The position numbers and the translations under genes were made by a program. 64,000 nt of DNA from Mobula hypostoma (lineage: Eukaryota): the NCBI RefSeq assembly GCF_963921235.1, contig NC_086100.1, positions 125,116,001 to 125,180,000 of the forward strand, read 5' to 3'. The notes beneath the pieces are model-generated. The model was not told where the DNA came from. It saw only the letters and a list, made by a program, of their open reading frames with translations, and made no database searches. Every line of letters starts with the position of its first letter. The stretch's first letter is position 1. Positions 13,162 through 25,329 of this stretch are shown one piece after another.

Positions 13162-14070
13162 AATAATAATAATAACTTACTTATAGAGCACCTTTCAAAG
13201 TGCAAACATGAAAATAAAAGATAAAAAGGTGTTAGTTAAAAGCAAGGTTGCATAAACAGGTTTTGAGCTGGTGTTTAAGTGTCAACTGAGTCTGCATTCC
13301 TTATAGTTTTAGGTTTTGAGTTCCACAGTTCAGGAGTATAGTTAAAAAAAGTTGACCTGCTAATTATCATTTGCGAGAGACTGTTTATATTTAAGACATT
13401 GGCAGAAGAAGACATGAAAGCCCAAGCAGGATTATAAAACAAAAGCGATTCTATGATGAACTCCAGTCCCAGACCAGTAACAGCTTTAAAAACAAGTAAG
13501 GGAACTTCAGAATCAATTCTAAAAGGTACAAGAAGCCAATGCAGAGTAGCGAGGGCAAGTGTAGTATGCTCCCTCATCTTGGCTTTAGTTAAAAGTCCAG
13601 CAGCGACATTCTGGATGAGTTGAAGTTTGTCCATAGATTGATTTGGAAAGCAGTAAAGGGGCATTGCAGTAATCTAGTATGTTCAATATAAAGATATTAG
13701 TTTTTCAGCATCATTATGTAACAGAAACAGACATACCTTTGTAATATTTAATAAGTGCAGAAATGCTGCTCTGGTCACCTTAGTTATGTGGAACTTAAAA
13801 GTCAAATTCGAATCAAGGCTTGTTACTTCTGATTTTCCAAGGGGAGCTAAGTTCTCAAGTTTATCTCTTTTGGCTTTGGAACCAACCAGAAGTATTTCAG
13901 CTGTATAATCGTTTAGTTTTAAGAAATTATTGCTCATCCATTTGTTTATTGCAGTCACATCAAAAATCAGAGAAGATAGGGTGTTATCATCATTAGGATC
14001 AAGCAAGATAAACAATTGTGTGTCATCTACACAGCTATGGAAAATTATGATACTCTAAAAGGTCATCATA
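13162..14070 (-). mobile_element. L2 LINE 3' fragment
   Basis: WMSNNFLKLN; KLQLIQNVAAGLLT..HTTLALATLHWLLVPFRI; (TTA)n tail at 13162. Confidence 0.85.
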
Positions 14071-14079
14071 GCTCCTTGA

Positions 14080-14870
14080 GTTGAGAAAGAGAAAATCAAC
14101 CTAATCCCACTTTCATGCCTAGAACTCTAGCCATGAAGATCATGGCTTCTCATGTGCACCTGCAAGTACCTCCATTTAAATGTGAAGAGGCTTTCTGACT
14201 CCACCACCCTTTCAGCCAGTGAAGAAAATATATATTTTTTAAATTTCCCCTCTAATCCTTCTACCGAGTAGTTTAAATCTATATGTCTGGATGTTATTTA
14301 ACCCTCTGCTAAGAAAAACAAGTCCTTCCTGCTTGTTCTACCTAGATTCATTGTATTTTTATATATTTCAATTAAGTCTACCTTAAGCCTTCAAAATAGC
14401 TCCTGCCTCTAGACTACTCACAGAACCAAAATTTTTCCAATCCCATCAAAATCCTTTAAATCTCTTGACATTCTTCACTGAAATCACTGATGTGGTCTAT
14501 TTGGAATTGTATAAATACTATCTTAGCCTACATGCTTTTATATTCTAAGCCTTGACTAGTAAGCAAACCATCTGTGTGTTTTTCAAAATAGCTTATTCAC
14601 AAGTCTTGCATCCTTTAAGAATCTACGAACATAGAGTTCAAGGAACCTTGATTCCTTCATGTCTCAGGAATCTCACTTACTTTGTTCTCTCTCCATTTAA
14701 ATTATCCACTCTTCTCTAAATTAAATTCCATTGGCCTCTCTTTTACCCAAGGGAACAGGTTATCTCAAACATTTCAAATAAGAATCATGCCATTCAGCCA
14801 CTCATGCTTGCTCCAACATTCAATAAGATTATGGCTTAATTTTGCCTGAGTGACACCTTCCTACACTAAC
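14080..14870 (-). mobile_element. Old CR1 3' fragments
   Basis: Degenerate reverse-complement CR1 3' motifs. Confidence 0.5.
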
Positions 14871-15159
14871 CCTCTATTCTTTGTGAGGTGAAGTTTGCTA
14901 AGTTCTTCTGAGATAGTATTTTGAGACATTATCTAGATATACCAAAGAAGGTTCTATACTTGGCTTCATCTTAGGAAATGAAACTAGATGGAAGGTTGAA
15001 GTGTTAGTTAAGGGAAAATTGTGAAACAGTGGCATGAGTCTGTATGTTTCAAGATAGTTTTGAAAAGAGATAAGGTTGGTCCTCAAGTTAAGGTTTTAAC
15101 ATCAAGGAAGACAGATTTCAGCATGTAAGATATGACCTGGTGAATATAGATTTGGAGAA

Positions 15160-15550
15160 GATCAGATTCAGAATCAGATTTATTATCACCGTCTTATATG
15201 ACATGACGATAAATGTTTTTGCTGCTTTGCAGTAATACAGTGCAAATACATAAAATTGCTATAAATTACAAAATAAATAAACTGCACAAAGGAATAATAA
15301 GGTAGTGTTCATGGATTCATGGACTATTCAGAAATCTGATGCAGAAGAAAGAAGCTGTTTCTGAATCATCACACCAGTGGCTCTACTTTGTAAGTAGTCT
15401 TAAGAGATTTGGTATGTCACCAAAGATTCTTGCAAATTTCTCTAGATGTGTGGTGGAGAGCTTTCTGTCTGATTGCATCACAGTCTAGTATGAAGGCTCC
15501 AATGCACAGGATTGTAAGAGGGTACAGATGGTTGTAGATTCAGCCAACAT
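15160..15550. mobile_element. Rex1 3' fragments (both orientations)
   Basis: (cagaat)n tail; FYRCVVES-like motif. Confidence 0.6.
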
Positions 15551-16350
15551 GAGATTATTTTAAACAGTTCAAGGGCAGCATGTTATAGTAATGTAAAAGG
15601 AAAAGATGATAAGATGAGGGAACTTTGGTTTGATTATGGAAATGAAGGAAGTATATAACAGGCATAGGCAACTATAATCAAGCAAGAGGGTGCAGGAGAG
15701 TAGTTAAAAAGGGAAAGTATGATGACAAAAAAAGGTTGTGATATATCCTTGGCAGGAAAGATAAAGCAGATTCCTAAATCATTCTACAAGTACTTTGGGT
15801 GCAAGATGGTAGCCAAGAAAGAAAGAGTCCTCTTTGGGCTATATACAGTATGTGTGGAGCCAGGGGCTATAGACAAGACCCAAAAGGGAATGCAAGGGAG
15901 TTTGCATTCAAGATAAGGACACGAAGGATTGAGAGTTGACACACGGAAACACAGAGTACCTGGAACATATAGCTGTTTATAAGGTGGAGGTGTTATACTG
16001 TATGCTTCGGAATACATAAGAGTGGATATATCCCCATGGCCAGTTGAGAACTAACCGAGGATGCTATGGGAAGTAAAGTCATAGAGTCATAGAATGCTAC
16101 AGCACAGGAACAGGCCATTTGGCCCATCTAGACAATGCTAACTATTATTCTGCTTAGTCCCAGACCATAGCCTACACATGCTTCTCTAAATTTTTCTTTA
16201 ATGTTGAAATCGAACCCGCATCCACCACTTCTGCTGGAAGTTTGTTCTACACTCTTACTACCCTCTGAGTGAAGAAGTTCCTTCTCACATTGCCCCTAGA
16301 CAATTCACCTTTCACCTTTAACACATGACCTCTAGTTATAGTCTCACCTT
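15550..16350. mobile_element. CR1 fragments (+ 15550-16077; - 3' tail 16078-16350)
   Basis: IKQIPKSFYKYF; (catagagt)n tail. Confidence 0.65.
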
Positions 16351-18020
16351 AAGGTGAAGATGCGGGGGCCCTGGTGGAAATTTGTGTATCTTTGTTAGCC
16401 ACAGGGAAGGTACTCAAAAACTAAAGATAATGTCATGGTATTACACTCGGTGGTCAATGGTCCTTTTCAACATTGCCAGTGACCTCAACCAGGCCAACTT
16501 TAACAGTATGTTAGCAAAATACTATCCACAAGATTTCTGTCCCACCAACAGCCCAAAATCTCTCAACCATTGGTATACAACCATGAAAGATGGCTACTGA
16601 GCCACTCCCTGTCCTCCCTTGGGTAAATCACACCACCAGGCTGTGCTCTGACTCCCTGCATTCAAACAGAAGTAAAAATAGAAAGATCCGGTATAGAAGG
16701 TCATACAATACTGGTCTGAGGAAACTTATGAGTAATTGCTTTGAGTCAGTAGATTGGTCCAGGTTTAAAGACCCAGTTGCCAGCCTAGTTAAGTATGTAA
16801 CTACCACCATAGACTTTATCAGCAAGTGTATTGATGACTGTGTCCCAAAGAACACAATCTAAGCATTCCCAACTGGTAACCATGGATGAATCAGGAGATC
16901 TACTTCCTACTGAAGTCTAGACTTGAAGTATTCAAATCAGATGACCCTGACCTTCACAAAAAATTGGTATACAACCTCCATAAAGCTAGAGTTGCTAAGA
17001 GACTGTACCAGTTCAAAATCAAGTCCAGACCAGCTGTGAGTTGAGGCAGGGCTGGCATGCTATAACAAAGTACAAAACAAAGTTGGGCAGCATCACCAGC
17101 AAAAGCACATCCTTTTCCCGATGAGTTAACATATCCTACATGCGCTTTGAACACAGGGGAATGGGTATGTCAACATTCCCCCCACTCCACCTCTGAACCC
17201 TGAGTCACCACTGCTGACACAAGATCTGGAGAGTGAACCTGTGGAAAGTACCTGTCCCTAATGGTGTCTCTGGCCCTGTCCTTAGATCCTGTGCAGATCA
17301 GCTGACAGGATTACTTGCAGAGATCTTTAACTTCTCTTCACTCTGTGGATCCTATCAGCTTTAACAAGACCACTATTATCCCAGTGCTTAAGAAAAACAA
17401 GATAACATATACAATAAATGGCTACCATCCAGTGGCTCTGACATCTAACATCGTGAAGTGCTTCAAGGGGCTGATCACAGCAGGCGTTAACTACAGCCTT
17501 CCAGATAACCTCAACACACTGCAAAGACTGAAACATGTCTACAACGATGCCATTCTCCTGGCTTGGTATGACAACTGTTCGGCACATGACTGCAAGAAAA
17601 CCTGCCTCCCTTCTATGAGTTGTGTCAATATTTCTTACTGCCTCAGTAAAGCAGCCAGCATAATGCAAGATCCACACAACCTGGATATCTTCTCTTCACC
17701 CCACTTCCCCAGGCAAAAGATAGAAAAGCCTGAAAGCATGTGCCACTAGGGTCAGGCTAGCTTCTAGCCAACTGTTATAAGACTATTAAATAGTTCACTA
17801 ATACAACAAATAGGACTCTTGACTTCACGATCTAACTCTTGCACCTTATTGTTTACCTACACTGCATTTATTGTGTAGCTGTAACACTTTATTCTGCTTT
17901 GTTATTGTTTTATTTTGAACTATCCCTACCTCTTGCATAGTGTTCATACAGATCGCAATGCACTATGTAATGATCTGATCTGTACATGTGACAACAATAA
18001 AACAATTTCAATTCCAATTC
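16350..18020 (+). mobile_element. Internally deleted Rex1 LINE
   Basis: CFESVDWSRFKD, TTIIPVLKK, YHPVALTSNIVKCF; aataaa plus (aattcc)n tail. Confidence 0.8.
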
Positions 18021-18568
18021 CAAGTTCCTTAATGGCAACCAGTTTTTTTTCTAGATAACAGGAAAATTATTGAAGGAGTGATCAGTTGGAAAAACCAAGA
18101 CTGATTAGGGATTGTCCGGCATGGCTTTTTGAGGGGAAAATCTTGTCTCACCAATTTTATTAGATTTATTGAAGAAGGGATAGATGAAGGTAGATGTCCA
18201 TATGCCCTTAAGAAAGATATTTAACAGATCTCACATGTAGGCTGGTCCAAAAGGTTCAGGCAAGAAGGATATTTTGACTCAAAAAATGGTGATGCTGTCA
18301 ATAGCAAGAAGGGTCATCTAAGGCTACAACAGAATATAGAACCATTGGAAAGTTGGGTGGAGCATTGGCAAATGGCATTTAATCCTGACAAGAACTAGGT
18401 GATGCATTTCAGGATGTGAAAAAGGAGTGGGACACATATATTAATTGGTAGGGCTCTAAGGAATGTCCAACTTTAATGTACTCAGCAAATAACAAAACAG
18501 GTTGCTAGGGTGGTGGAGAAGGCATATGGCATGCTTGCAACTTTACAACATATTGACTTGGAGCACTT

Positions 18569-19685
18569 ATAGTCATAGTCATAGTCATACTTTATTGATC
18601 CCGGGGGAAACTGGTTTACGTTGCAGTTGCACCATAAATAATTAAATAGTAATAAAACCATAAATAATTAAATAGTAATATGTAAATTATGCCAGGAAAT
18701 AAGTCCAGGACCAGCCTATTGGCTCAGGGTGTCTGACCCTCCAAGCGAGGAGTTGTAAAGTTTGATGACCACAGGCAGGAATGACTTCCTATGACGCTCT
18801 GTGTTGCATCTCGGTGGAATGAGTCTCTGGCTGAACGTACTCCTGTGCCCAACCGGTACATTATGTAGTGGATGGGAGACATTGTCCAAGATGGCATGCA
18901 ACTTAGACAGCATCCTCTTTTCAGACACCACCGTCAGAGAGTCCGGTTCCATCCCCACAACATCACTGGCCTTGCGAATGAGTTTGTTGATTCTGTTGGT
19001 GTCAGCTACCCTCAGCCTGCTGCCCACTACCCTCAGCCTGCTGCCCCAGCACACAACAGCAAACGTGATCGCACTGGCCACCACAGACTCGTAGAATATC
19101 CTCAGCATCGTCCGGCAGATGTTAAAGGACCTCAGTCTCCTCAGGAAATAGAGACAGCTCTGATCCTTCTTGTAGACAGGCTCAGTGTTCTTTGACCAGT
19201 CCAGTTTATTGTCAATTCATATCCCCAGGTATTTGTAAACCTCCACCATGTCCACACTGACCCCCTGGATGGAAACAGGGGTCACCGGTACCTTAGCTCT
19301 CCTCTGGTCTACCACCAGCTCCTTAGTCTTTTTCACATTAAGCTGCAGATAATTCTGCTCACACCATGTGACAAAGTTTCCTACCATAGCCCTGTACTCA
19401 GCCTCATCTCCCTTGCTGATGCATCCAACAATGGCAGAGTCATCAGAAAACTTCTGAAGATGACAAGACTGTGCAGTAGTTGAAGTCCGAGGTGTAAAAT
19501 GGTGAAGAGAAAGGGAGACAAGACAGTCCACTGTGGAGCCCCAGTGCTGCTGATCACTCTGTCGGACACACAGTGTTGCAGGCACACGTACTGTGGTCTG
19601 CCAGTCAGGTAATCAAGAATCCATGACACCAGGGAAGCATCCACCTGCATCGCTGTCAGCTTCTCCCCCAGCAGAGCAGGGCGGA
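18569..19685 (-). mobile_element. Relatively young Rex1 3' fragment
   Basis: GAPQWTVLSPFLF, LQKFSDDSAIVG, LNVKKTKEL; (catagt)n tail; 21-bp tandem duplication near 19006-19047. Confidence 0.9.
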
Positions 19686-20577
19686 TGAAGTGTTGTCTAC
19701 AGTTCTGGCTACCATGCTGTAAGAATGATTCACCAAGATATTGCCTGGATAGAAGAACTTCAGTTATAGGGAGGAAATGGATAGGTTGAATTTGTGTTTT
19801 TCCGTGCAAAGGTGGGTGAAGGGTGACCTGACAAATGTATGTACATTAGCAAGAAAGTTTGAATATAGATAGGGTATTTAGTGAAAATATTCTTTCCACG
19901 GTAGGTGTTTCAAAGGTAAGATAAAGTGAGAGGAAAGAATTTTAAAGAGAATGGGAGGGATAAGATTTTTTACAGAGAATTATTGATATCTGTAATGCAC
20001 TGCCAGAGGAGATAGTGGAATCAGATATAACCACTATACTTAAGAGGCATTTAGACAGACACTTAAATAGACAAGGCATATAAGATATCTTCTTAATAAG
20101 GACAAATGGAATTACAGGTTTCCCTCGCTATCCGAAGGTACAGCGTTCCTATGAAACGGTTCGTAAGCCGAAATGTCGTAAAGCGAAGAAGTAATTACCA
20201 TTTATTTACATGGGAAAATTTTGTGAGCGTTCGCAGACCCAAAAATAACCTACCAAATCATGGCAAATAACACATAAAACCTAAAATAACAGTAACATAT
20301 CACGCAAGTGCTGTTGGCAAAAACACAGCGCTAGTGCTCTCCAGTAACCTTTAAACTATGAAGCTGCCAAATCATACCAAATAACACCTAAAGATACACA
20401 GCCTATATAAAGTAGAAATAATGTATGTACAGTGTAGTATCACTTTCCGGAATCGGGAAGACAGCGCCGAGCACACTGATGATGGTGTGTTAGGCTGAGT
20501 CAGAGTTTGGGTAGTGTAGTCGCCCCAACCCTCCAGGCCACCGACCGATACATTGCCGCAAACCATGCAGGGGTCCA

Positions 20578-20803
20578 GCGGTAGCCAGGAGGCACACAGC
20601 ACATCTTTAAGAAAAAAGTCGAAACAAGCATGTTAATTAATTAGGTGCCGCCCAGCACGTAATTGTCGGCCCAGATCAGTGCCGACTTCCGATTGCGTCG
20701 CCTCTGATCTGGGCCGACAATTATGTGTCGGCAGCACCTAATTATTTAGCATGTTTATTTCGGCTTTTTTCTTAAAGATGTGCTGTGTGCCTTCCGGCTA
20801 CCG
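20578..20803. repeat. About 100-bp imperfect inverted repeat inside the Tigger
   Basis: Arms 20578-20679 and 20704-20803 (aggcacacagcacatctttaagaaaaaag...aattgtcggcccagatcag and its reverse complement). Confidence 0.9.
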
Positions 20804-21246
20804 TTGCATTCTCCGCGAATCGGTATCTGTCCGTGGTCTGGGGATTGGGGTGGTGGGACACTGGGGTGTCATCTCGTCATCGTCTGTTTCCATTAGAGCA
20901 GGCAGCTCATTTTCTTCTATCTCTGCCCGCCTCAATGTCAAAGGTCGAGGTTCGTCGTCTGCTGTGGCTGATGTGGAAGGCTTGCTTGACTGCTGAGACT
21001 CGCGCATTTTTCTATCACACAGTTCTTTGTAAGGACTCAAACCATCCTGCAGTATCCCCTAAACCGACGTACCCTTTCAAAATTAAAGTCGTACTTTATC
21101 ATTACTCATTCGGTTTCGATTGTTATCCTTTTTTCTTCCAATTGCATCAGCTTTTCATCTGTCAGTTCTTGGTCATGGGATGTCAAAACCTCTTCAACAC
21201 CATGTTCGTCAGCTTCCACAAGCCAAACTCACGTTGTCCTTACTTC

Positions 21247-21485
21247 AAAGTTGCTGGTGAACGCAGCAGGCCAAGCAGCATCTATAGGAAGAGGTGCAGT
21301 CGACGTTTCAGGCCGAGACCCTTCGTCAGGACTAACTGAAGGAAGAGTGAGTAAGGGATTTGAAAAGGTCTCGGCCTGAAACGTCGACTGCACCTCTTCT
21401 TAAAGATGCTGCTTGGCCTGCTGCGTTCACCAGCAACTTTGATGTATGTTGCTTGAATTTCCAGCATCTGCAAAATTCCTGTTGT
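21247..21485. mobile_element. Fold-back Penelope pLTR insertion in the Tigger transposase remnant
   Basis: About 75-bp inverted arms; TSD ttgtccttacttc at 21234-21246 and 21486-21498 (ends partly ambiguous); closely matches the pLTRs of the 44683-48639 PLE. Confidence 0.9.
21298..21333 (-). ncRNA. Minimal type I hammerhead ribozyme (PLE type), intact
   Basis: AGUC CUGACGA AGG-GUCUCGG-CCU GAAA CG UC GACU: full core, stem I AGUC/GACU, stem II AGG/CCU, palindromic ACGU helix III, GUC cleavage triplet. Confidence 0.85.
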
Positions 21486-21923
21486 TTGTCCTTACTTCGT
21501 TCACCACGATCAAAACGCTTAATTATGTCTAGTTTTACACTAAGTGTAACATCCTTACGAGCTCTTTTATGCTTTTCCGATACCTTAGAACTCATCTTGC
21601 AAACTACTGCTCACAGGCATGTGTTTAAGCAATGCCGGCGAGAATGCCGTTCCGAACCCGGGGGAGAGCGGCTGCTCGGGGCGTGCGCTGCCTTTTATCA
21701 CGTGCTGATTTTTTATCGCATGCTGCTTTTTTTTCATAACAGTGAAAACACCTTCTGAAAGCGAAAACAGGGTACTAATGTAGGTCTTTTGTAACAGTGA
21801 GGTTTTGTAAAGCGAACATTCGAAAAGCGGAGGACACCTATAGTGTAAAAGGGCAAAAAGCTTGGCAAGGAAGTACTGGACTGAAGTGACGATATCTGTG
21901 CTGTGCAATGCTAAAACCTTTCA

Positions 21924-22150
21924 ATAGAACATAGAACATAGAAAACTACAGCATATTACTGGCCCTCTGGTCCACAATGTTGTGCCAACCATGTAACCTA
22001 CTCTAGAAACTGCCTAGAATTCCCTTAGTGTATAGCCCTCTATTTTCCTAAGCTCCATGTACCTATCTAAGAGGCTCTTAAAAGACCCTATTGAATCCAC
22101 TCCCACCACTGCCACTGGCAGTGCATTCCATGCACCCACCACTCTCTGCT
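21924..22150 (-). mobile_element. CR1 3' tail fragment
   Basis: (catagaa)n tail; ccatgtacctatctaagaggctctt. Confidence 0.8.
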
Positions 22151-22719
22151 TGACAGTTAGAGAGTACAAGACCCAGACTTCCTAAACTCTCATTTAACAA
22201 CAAAGATTAAAGCTATCTCTATCACTGTCAACTAGAAAACTGCAAATTATCTATTGTCTATCACCATAAATGTTTTGTAATGACCCCTGCATTTAAATCT
22301 AAATCAATAATTCATACTACAGGAATTGATCACCGAAGTCTGTCAAATCCTAATCAGCACAAAACCACCTGCCAACAAATATCCTTAGCTCCCTGATATG
22401 AATTAATTTGGGATCTAATTTTCCACTTTTCCTTGGACCAGCTGTCACTTAAGATGCCTCATGAAAAAATATACAAACTACATCAAAGATTCTGCCCTCA
22501 GAAACTTTTCTTGTAACCTCACCGAGACACTCAATCTAGATAATCAAGCATAGCCTTTCCTTAACAAACCTGAGCTGAAATATCTTGAATACAGAGTCTG
22601 CTTTTAATACAGTTCTTGAATTCCTCAAAATTGATTCCCAAAAATTGCCCACCTCTGAAATGAAACTAACTGGTCTGGTACTTTATCTCTTTATTTGTTT
22701 CCTTTGGAGATGTAACATA

Positions 22720-23181
22720 CAAGGGGTGATTGATAAGTTCGTGGCCTAAGGTAAAAGGAATCAATTTTAGAAAACTTAGCACATTTATTTTTCCTACATT
22801 TACACACTTAGACCAGCGGTCGTGGAGCATACAAATCTTGGACCTCCAGGAAGTGTCCACAGCAGGGGTGATTGATAAGTTTGTGGCCTAAGGTAGCAGG
22901 TGATGAGTTATACAGCTCTCGTTGTATGCACATACAGTTCAACTCTTTGAGTGATTATGCAGAAAGTTTGAAGTTAATAACTCATCTCCTTCTACCTTAG
23001 GCCATGAACTTATCAATCACCTTGCTGTGGACACTTTCTGGAGGTCCAAGGTCTGTATGCTCCACGACCACTGGACTAAGTGTGTAAATGTAGGAGGGGA
23101 CTATGTTGAAAAATAAATGTGCTAGATTTTCTAAGATTGACTCCGTCTACCTTAGGCCACGAACTTATCAATCACTCCTCG
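22720..23181. mobile_element. Palindromic mariner-derived MITE with four TIR copies
   Basis: TA TSD; TIR c(g/a)aggggtgattgataagttcgtggcctaaggta; mariner C-terminus WTKCVNVGGDYVEK* at 23072-23116. Confidence 0.9.
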
Positions 23182-23183
23182 TA

Positions 23184-24260
23184 GAACTCAGAAAAACAGT
23201 ACAGTGCAGGGACAGGCCCTTCAGCCCATCATGACTATGCTGACCATGATCCAATCTAACTCATTCTATAAGCCTGCACATGGTCCATATCTGCCTCCTC
23301 CCCCATTTCCAACCTGTTTATGTGTCTGTCTATAATACAACTTCGGCAGTTCTCTTGAGCCATTCTTAGCACGGGACTACTGAAAAATTATGGTCAGAAC
23401 CTTTGCATTGCAACCCTTACTTTTTCTAACAGTGAGGGATATATTTAATTCCAGCCTGGTGACTAATCAACTTCCAAGGATATTTCCATTCCTGTTACGT
23501 TTCTCCCACTTAGTATTTCATATACTTCCTCCCTGACTACAAATTTGGCAGTATTCGTTAAAAACCTTGCCCACATCCTTTGCTTCCACAAACAGGTTAC
23601 CTGTTTCATCTACAACAGACCCTACTATTTCCTTAACTATCCCCCTGTTCTTTATGTGCTTCAAAAACATTTTATTTTATTTGGCAATACAATTTCATGT
23701 TCTCTCTTTGTTTTTCTAATTTTCCTTCTTAGTTCACTCTTGCACTTCTCATCGTCTTCTAGCTTTCTGCACTATTAAGCACTCAGTGTCTGACATAAAC
23801 TTTCAATTTTTCCCTGTCACTTTGCCACCCAGGGGCTCTGCATCTGGCAACTCAATTCTTTATCCTTATAACAACATATTCATCCTGAATACCTGAGACC
23901 AGCTTACCTTCAAGCAGCTTTTGCCAAATCATTTTCCAATCCAGTAACATTTACCTTACCCCAATTTAAAATACATGTTACTACCTCCTTTTCCATCATG
24001 ATATAATCTAAGAAAATTATGATTACTATCGCAGATCATCCCACTGATTCTCCTTCCACCTGCTCAACTTCTTTTCCAAAACTAAATCAAAATTTACTCA
24101 CTGCCCTCTCTCCTTCTTGTTGGATGTTCAACACGTGGACTGGCAAAACATTCTGAATGTGATTTAGGAACTTTGCGCCCTCTATAAAGGTTACACTAAC
24201 GGCATCCCAGTTATTTTTATATTATGGTAATTAAAAACTCCCATTATTGCTCCTGTGGTG
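23184..24260 (-). mobile_element. CR1 tail (23184-23330) and old CR1 endonuclease region
   Basis: acaggcccttcagcccatc tail; degenerate CR1 sequence. Confidence 0.5.
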
Positions 24261-24270
24261 TCTTATGTTT

Positions 24271-24474
24271 TGTACCCCGTAACTGGGTTGCCAAACCAGC
24301 AGAAATGGACCACTCGTTGGAGTCTGGATTACTAGAAACTAATAAAGTTTTATTAAAGAAATAAGTAACACAGTACTCTAATCGTAAGGATATAAACGCA
24401 ACAGGTTAGCAATGATAATACACACATGTACGCAGAACTAGGATAATAAGAATCAAACCAAGCTCTATTGCAGT

Positions 24475-24512
<38 letters not shown>

Positions 24513-25036
24513 TTTGGTTTCAGACAGACCTTTTAAATGTCTTCGCAGTTGGTTTCGGGCAGACCCTTTGATGTCTTCTATCCCGCTGTGGTCACCGACT
24601 GTGACCCCTCCGTTCCGGATGCAACCGTTCTTCTGCAGTGAACCCGGCACCCAGGCAAGGGCGGACACACACACCAGGTTCCCACCAATCGTACCTTTAC
24701 ACCCTGTGAGTCTATGGTCGGTTCCCGCGAACCGGACCCCCAAACCCACACCAACTTGTGGGGGCACACCGCTCTTCCAGGGTCTCGTTATCTCGTGATC
24801 TCGTGGTGTCCCATGCCTTAGCGAACCTGTTCTTTTTATCCCCCTGCTGGGGTATCACCTGTCCATCAAACTTCAAACAGTTCAGGTTCAAAGCAACCCG
24901 TCTGTCAATATTCTGAATTGTGTTTCTTTTCCGTTATCTCTCTCTTCTCTCTCATTAACATTTTGAACGTTTCTCCATTGTTTCCCTTATCTCTCTCATT
25001 AGCATCAATCGTCTGATAACTTGGTTTGGCGTCACA
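24271..25036 (-). mobile_element. Solo LTR (Gypsy-type), with a (GA)n tract at 24477-24507
   Basis: TGT...ACA ends; GC-rich; minus-strand GATAAAA near 24835 and AATAAA near 24350; TSD not cleanly resolved. Confidence 0.7.
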
Positions 25037-25079
25037 TTTCATACTTGTCAAACTAACAGAGATGATAGAAATTTGAAAT

Positions 25080-25260
25080 ACAAATACAAATTGCTTGAAA
25101 TACTCAGGAAGTCAGCCAGCATCTGGGAAGAGATACAAGGTCAATGTTTCAGGTCAAGGAACCTTCGTCATAATTGGGAAAGAGGAAACAAGTTAGCTTT
25201 AAAATGCATGGTCCATGGGGAAGGAATCACTCGGACAAAGGAACCATCTCTGATAGGGTG
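25080..25260 (-). mobile_element. Old PLE pLTR with a degenerate hammerhead (25139-25175)
   Basis: Reverse complement atgacga aggttccttgacct gaaacattgacc. Confidence 0.6.
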
Positions 25261-25329
25261 AGGCCAGGGTTGCCTTGATGGTAAGATGAGATGCCTAAAT
25301 TGATAGATTAATGAGGGTAGGCTGCAACA

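Larger units (their letters stand above)
20115..21840 (-). mobile_element. Non-autonomous Tigger/pogo DNA transposon
   Basis: TA TSD; TIRs caggtttccctcgctatccgaa / ttcgaaaagcggaggacaccta; CENP-B-type N-terminus MSSKVSEKHKRARKDVTLSVKLDIIKRFDRGE joined to TIGD C-terminus VEEVLTSHDQELTDEKLMQLE; DDE core missing. Confidence 0.85.
18040..21915 (+). mobile_element. Old CR1 split into three pieces (18040-18568, 19686-20112, 21843-21915) by Rex1 and Tigger insertions
   Basis: KSCLTN and WQMAFN motifs; the 3' tail reads through across the Tigger TA site. Confidence 0.7.
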
